A stretch of 53,566 bases of DNA, the filler included, from Jimgerdemannia flammicorona (Eukaryota): NCBI GenBank assembly GCA_003990765.1. It is 3 parts of 3 records of this genome, joined end to end, with 100 filler letters (N's around TTAATTAATTAA, not from the genome) between each part and the next. Parts side by side here need not be neighbours in the genome. Positions count along the whole stretch, not along the records: positions 35,782 to 53,566 come from RBNJ01002409.1; 2 more parts are not named here. One strand, written 5' to 3'. Shown here one piece after another: positions 50,046 through 53,566 of this stretch. Made by a program: the position numbers and the translations under genes. Positions within the stretch are counted from its first letter, which is position 1, and the number at the start of each line of letters is the position of its first letter. The notes beneath the pieces are model-generated. The model searched no databases and was not told the DNA's origin. It saw only the letters and a list, made by a program, of their open reading frames with translations.

Positions 50046-51050
50046 ATGAAATATGTTCAGCTTAGTTCTACTCTATAATTTCTCAGAGATGAGATTATTG
50101 TAATTTTTAGATTATTGATTGTAACCAGATTTCTTACTTAAAACTCAAGAAATATATTGATTATAGATATATATTACTATATTAATAGCTTAAACTCAAT
50201 AAGAATATATATTAATATTAGAAATTATTAGTAAAGAGATTTCTACAAATATATCTTTCTATATAGTATATATTTATAACTTTAAAATAGAATTTAAGTT
50301 CTTTTACTTCAGTTTACTGTTAAATATTTATCTATTTCCAAGTTAAGTAAAGCTAGAGCTTCTTAATAAAGAAAATACTATACTTTAAAATTTAGTAGTT
50401 TATAATTATTTTTAAATATATGTAATATTATTCTTCAATCTTTAATCAATCTACCATATATCTTAATACTTTATAAATATATAACTATTTAAACTAAACT
50501 AATAAACTATATATATACTATTAACTATAGTATTAATTCTTAATTTAACTAAAATGACTATTCTTTTATTTTTTAAGTATATTTAATATAAATTCTTTAT
50601 TTAGTTTATATATTTTATACTATTTTAACTTATAAATACTTTAGATTTATCTCTACTTTTGAATAAAAGTAATATTTTTACCTTTTTGAGAAGTATAGAA
50701 GAGTTTGAGTTAATAGTATAATTTTTTTTCTTTTAATTAATAGAGTATTATTAGTTTAATATATTTCAAATATTATTTTTATTGTCTCTTTAATTCAATT
50801 TTCTTAATTTTTCAATATAGTAATATCTATTATATATTTTAACCTATTGAGTAAAAAAAGTAATTTCTATTATATTTAATTCAATTTTTGTATATTTGAA
50901 TAGAAAAGTATACTTTTCTACTATTTAATATTTCTTCTTTAATATTATTTAAAAACTATACTTTTGTGTTAAAAAAGTTATTATTACTTTACTTTATTAC
51001 TAACTGAGCTACTTTCAAATTGAGTAAACTATTGTTATTTACTTATATAT
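50046..51050 (-). mobile_element. upstream part of the decayed copia element split by B
   Basis: Removing B and one ATAG restores in-frame KLNIFHLYIFEYNIY..HKFKLKASKYIFL, a decayed copia KPxxSHLRxFGC/SH3-like motif. The far boundary is uncertain. Confidence 0.6.
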
Positions 51051-51181
51051 ATATATATATATATATAATTTCTAATATATATTATAATTAGTACTATTAA
51101 TAAATTAAATAATATTAAATTTATCTCAAATTTAATTTAATTAAATTATATAAATCAAAGACTAATTTAATTCAAAATTCA

Positions 51182-51350
51182 ATTCAAAATTTATTTTTCA
51201 AAATGTAATAACTTGACAAATATATGTCTAAATTTAACAGTCTTTAGCTTATTAGATTTCTTTATATAAAATAAATCTAACAAGCTAAAGATTATTAAAT
51301 TTAGATGTATTTTCATCAAGTTATTATATTTCTAAAAATAGAGTTTGAAT
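51182..51350. repeat. ~170-bp imperfect palindrome within AATTC/AATTT pentamer repeats (MITE-like, ~51120-51455)
   Basis: Arms of ~83 bp are reverse complements around ~51266, differing mainly by transitions. Confidence 0.8.
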
Positions 51351-52301
51351 CAGACCCTCAATTCAATTCAAATTGAAAAATCTCCAATTCAATTTAATTT
51401 GAATAATCCTCAATTTGATTTGATTTGAATTAGTTTGATTTATTTGAGAGTACCAGTTATACATAATATCTACTATATAGCCTATATTTGTGCAGAAGAG
51501 CAATTTCTATTATACAGTTCAGATTTTGGTATCAACTGTATTAATCCCAGTAGAGCTAGACCAAAAAAAAAATAAAAAAAAAAAAATCCCAATAAGCTGC
51601 TTTCAAGCTAACATACTATTACCCAGCCTTTGTGCTGAGTCATTTGAGTTCCCTGTATTTGAGCAGAAGAGCTCAGATTTGCCCTTTTTCCTGCAGTTTT
51701 TCTGTGGAGCCATTGGCTGTTGTTGTATCCCTTTATCGTATTTGTTTCACCCCGAACACTAAAATACGATTGCCAGACATAATTACGATTTGTAACAGAG
51801 CACCTGACACGTCACCTGAAATACGTCACCTGAACGCGTCATCCTGCCACAAGTCGTTGCGTCACTCAAAACAGAAAACGCGGAAAACGTCATCCCGAGA
51901 AACATTCACCGATGCATCATCTCACAGATCGTGTTGATATTGTTGTTACGCCACTCACTTGTGGTTGCAAAGTCCTCACATGCACACACCCTTTTTCACA
52001 AGTGCCGGCGCACTTTATTATCTATCCTAGTCTATATACAAGAAAATGTCCTCATGCTACAGCAGCAGCTGGCAGCAGGTCCAGGGAGTCCTGGGACCTC
52101 CAACCCGCTCCCCCCTGTCGCCTCATCCCTTTGCTGCCCAGACAACCTACCCTACCACCCATACGCTTTTCCATTACCCGTTTTCTCTCCCGAAAACCTT
52201 CAAATACCCTGTGGTCCCTCGTCGACTACATCCTCCAATATACCCCCTACGTCCACCTGACGCCGTCTAACATTCAGCCACACGTGTCCCTTTCCTTCCA
52301 G

Positions 52302-53566
52302 AGGGAAAAATCACTGTCGGGAGCACGGGGCTGGGGAGGGCACTCGCCATCGAACTGGTGAAGCGCAGAGCACTTGTCGCAAGGAGGAAGACCGAGTTGA
52401 AGCCGGCAGCGGCGGACTTTAGGGTACGTGTCTTTGTCCATTTTCACGTGGAAGAGAATCCGTTACGGTGAAACGACAATTTTGTTGAAACTCCTGGAAT
52501 CTGGTTGTAGGCCAAACAAACATCAGGTCTTTGTCATCGCTGATGTCACCTCCAAGGTGGACACCGTCCGTGCCATAGACGAGGCCGCCAAGGCTATTTT
52601 CACCTGTGCCGGTATGTCATTCTGTGCCCTTCACATCATGAGCACGCCTCCATCTCCCTCACACGACCATCCCTTTCCACAGGCACTTCCTTACCCAAGC
52701 TCTTCCTCAACAAAACCCTCGACGATTTCGAGAACAGTAAGCTCAACTACCTCGGCCTGCTCTACACTGCCCAAGAACGTTCATACCTCATATCAACTAC
52801 ATTGTACCCTTTAGTGTGTGTTCACTCATTCCTTCCTCGCGCGCCCCCTTTCCCCAACAGGAATCCACCCGCAGTATAGCCGCCGATGGCATCCAAGGCA
52901 AAATTGTCTTCGTGTCCTTCGTGCTAGGTCTCATGAACTTCATCGGGTACAGTGATTATGCGTCGGCCAAGCGCGTGGTCCGTGGTAGGTTTTTGTGGTC
53001 CCCGGGAGAAGGGTGTTGGATTTGGTTGTAAAGGTGGCGATTTCAAGCGCGGAGGTCCACACACCGCGATATACACATTCACTCACTCTCATTGTAGTCA
53101 TTGTCGTTATTCTGTCTCACTTCACAAAAAATTCTCTCCACTACCCCAAGGTCTCGCGGATAGCCTCCGCAACAAACTCCTCCTTTACGGCATCAACGTC
53201 CACGTCTACTTCCCTGGCGGCATTCTCTCCCCCGGTTAGGAGACCAAGGTGAGCTTCCCAACCTCACTTGTTGATTCCCCCTCATAAATGTGACCCAGTC
53301 TTCGTTCTTAAATTGTATCTCCGCGTCTTTTGCCCGCAGAACAAGGCGGAGCCCAAGTTCACGGCGGAGATCGAGGGTGTCAGCACGTCACAGGCGGCTG
53401 AGGAATGCGCTAGGACGCTGATGAAAGGGGGATACGGGAGAGATTTGAAGCATTCGCCGTGTGGGATTGGACTCGGGATGCGGTGTCTGATGCGGATGCG
53501 TGCCTGTTTTTGAGCATGTCCGGTTTATAATTGCAGGTCTCCAGGACGGATGTTATTTCGTCGGGA
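52302..53566 (+). pseudogene. TSC10: 3-ketodihydrosphingosine reductase (TSC10/KDSR)-like SDR, multi-exon, apparently degenerate, runs off the window
   Basis: IT(V)GSTGLGRALAIEL..VARR, IFTCAG, LNYLG, GKIVFVS..GYSDYASAK, GLADSLRN.L..VHVYFPGGILSPG. The GG is altered, there are short deletions, and a TAG follows SPG. Confidence 0.75.

Overview
This is repeat-rich fungal DNA with spliceosomal introns. Protein styles suggest an early-diverging, Mucoromycota-like fungus (inference). The window is three contigs joined by N-TTAATTAATTAA-N linkers at 17796-17895 and 35682-35781. Most of it is nested, C-to-T-decayed transposons. There are six Ty3/gypsy copies or fragments: A 499-9252 (-), F 16952-17795, E 18321-21599, chromovirus C 23347-29308, D 29719-35681 and B 40078-50041. 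The other mobile DNA is a very decayed Ty1/copia split by B, four non-LTR (L1/Tx1-like) pieces, a pogo-like DDE transposon with long modular inverted arms, and a MITE-like palindrome. Host sequence is limited to the 3' end of an AVT1-like amino-acid transporter, a malate synthase first exon, a degenerate TSC10/KDSR-like gene and a kinase relic. Main finding: five of the gypsy elements, from four divergent lineages, carry the same uncharacterised accessory gene of about 275-365 codons with its own TATA-like box. It lies inside the LTR in A and B (both LTRs) and probably in D and E. In chromovirus C it is internal, just upstream of a differently placed PPT. A, B, C and D also carry a dUTPase and a small conserved 'YxKIxDGYxPxGRCPH..MY..CxxC' module, in two different domain orders.
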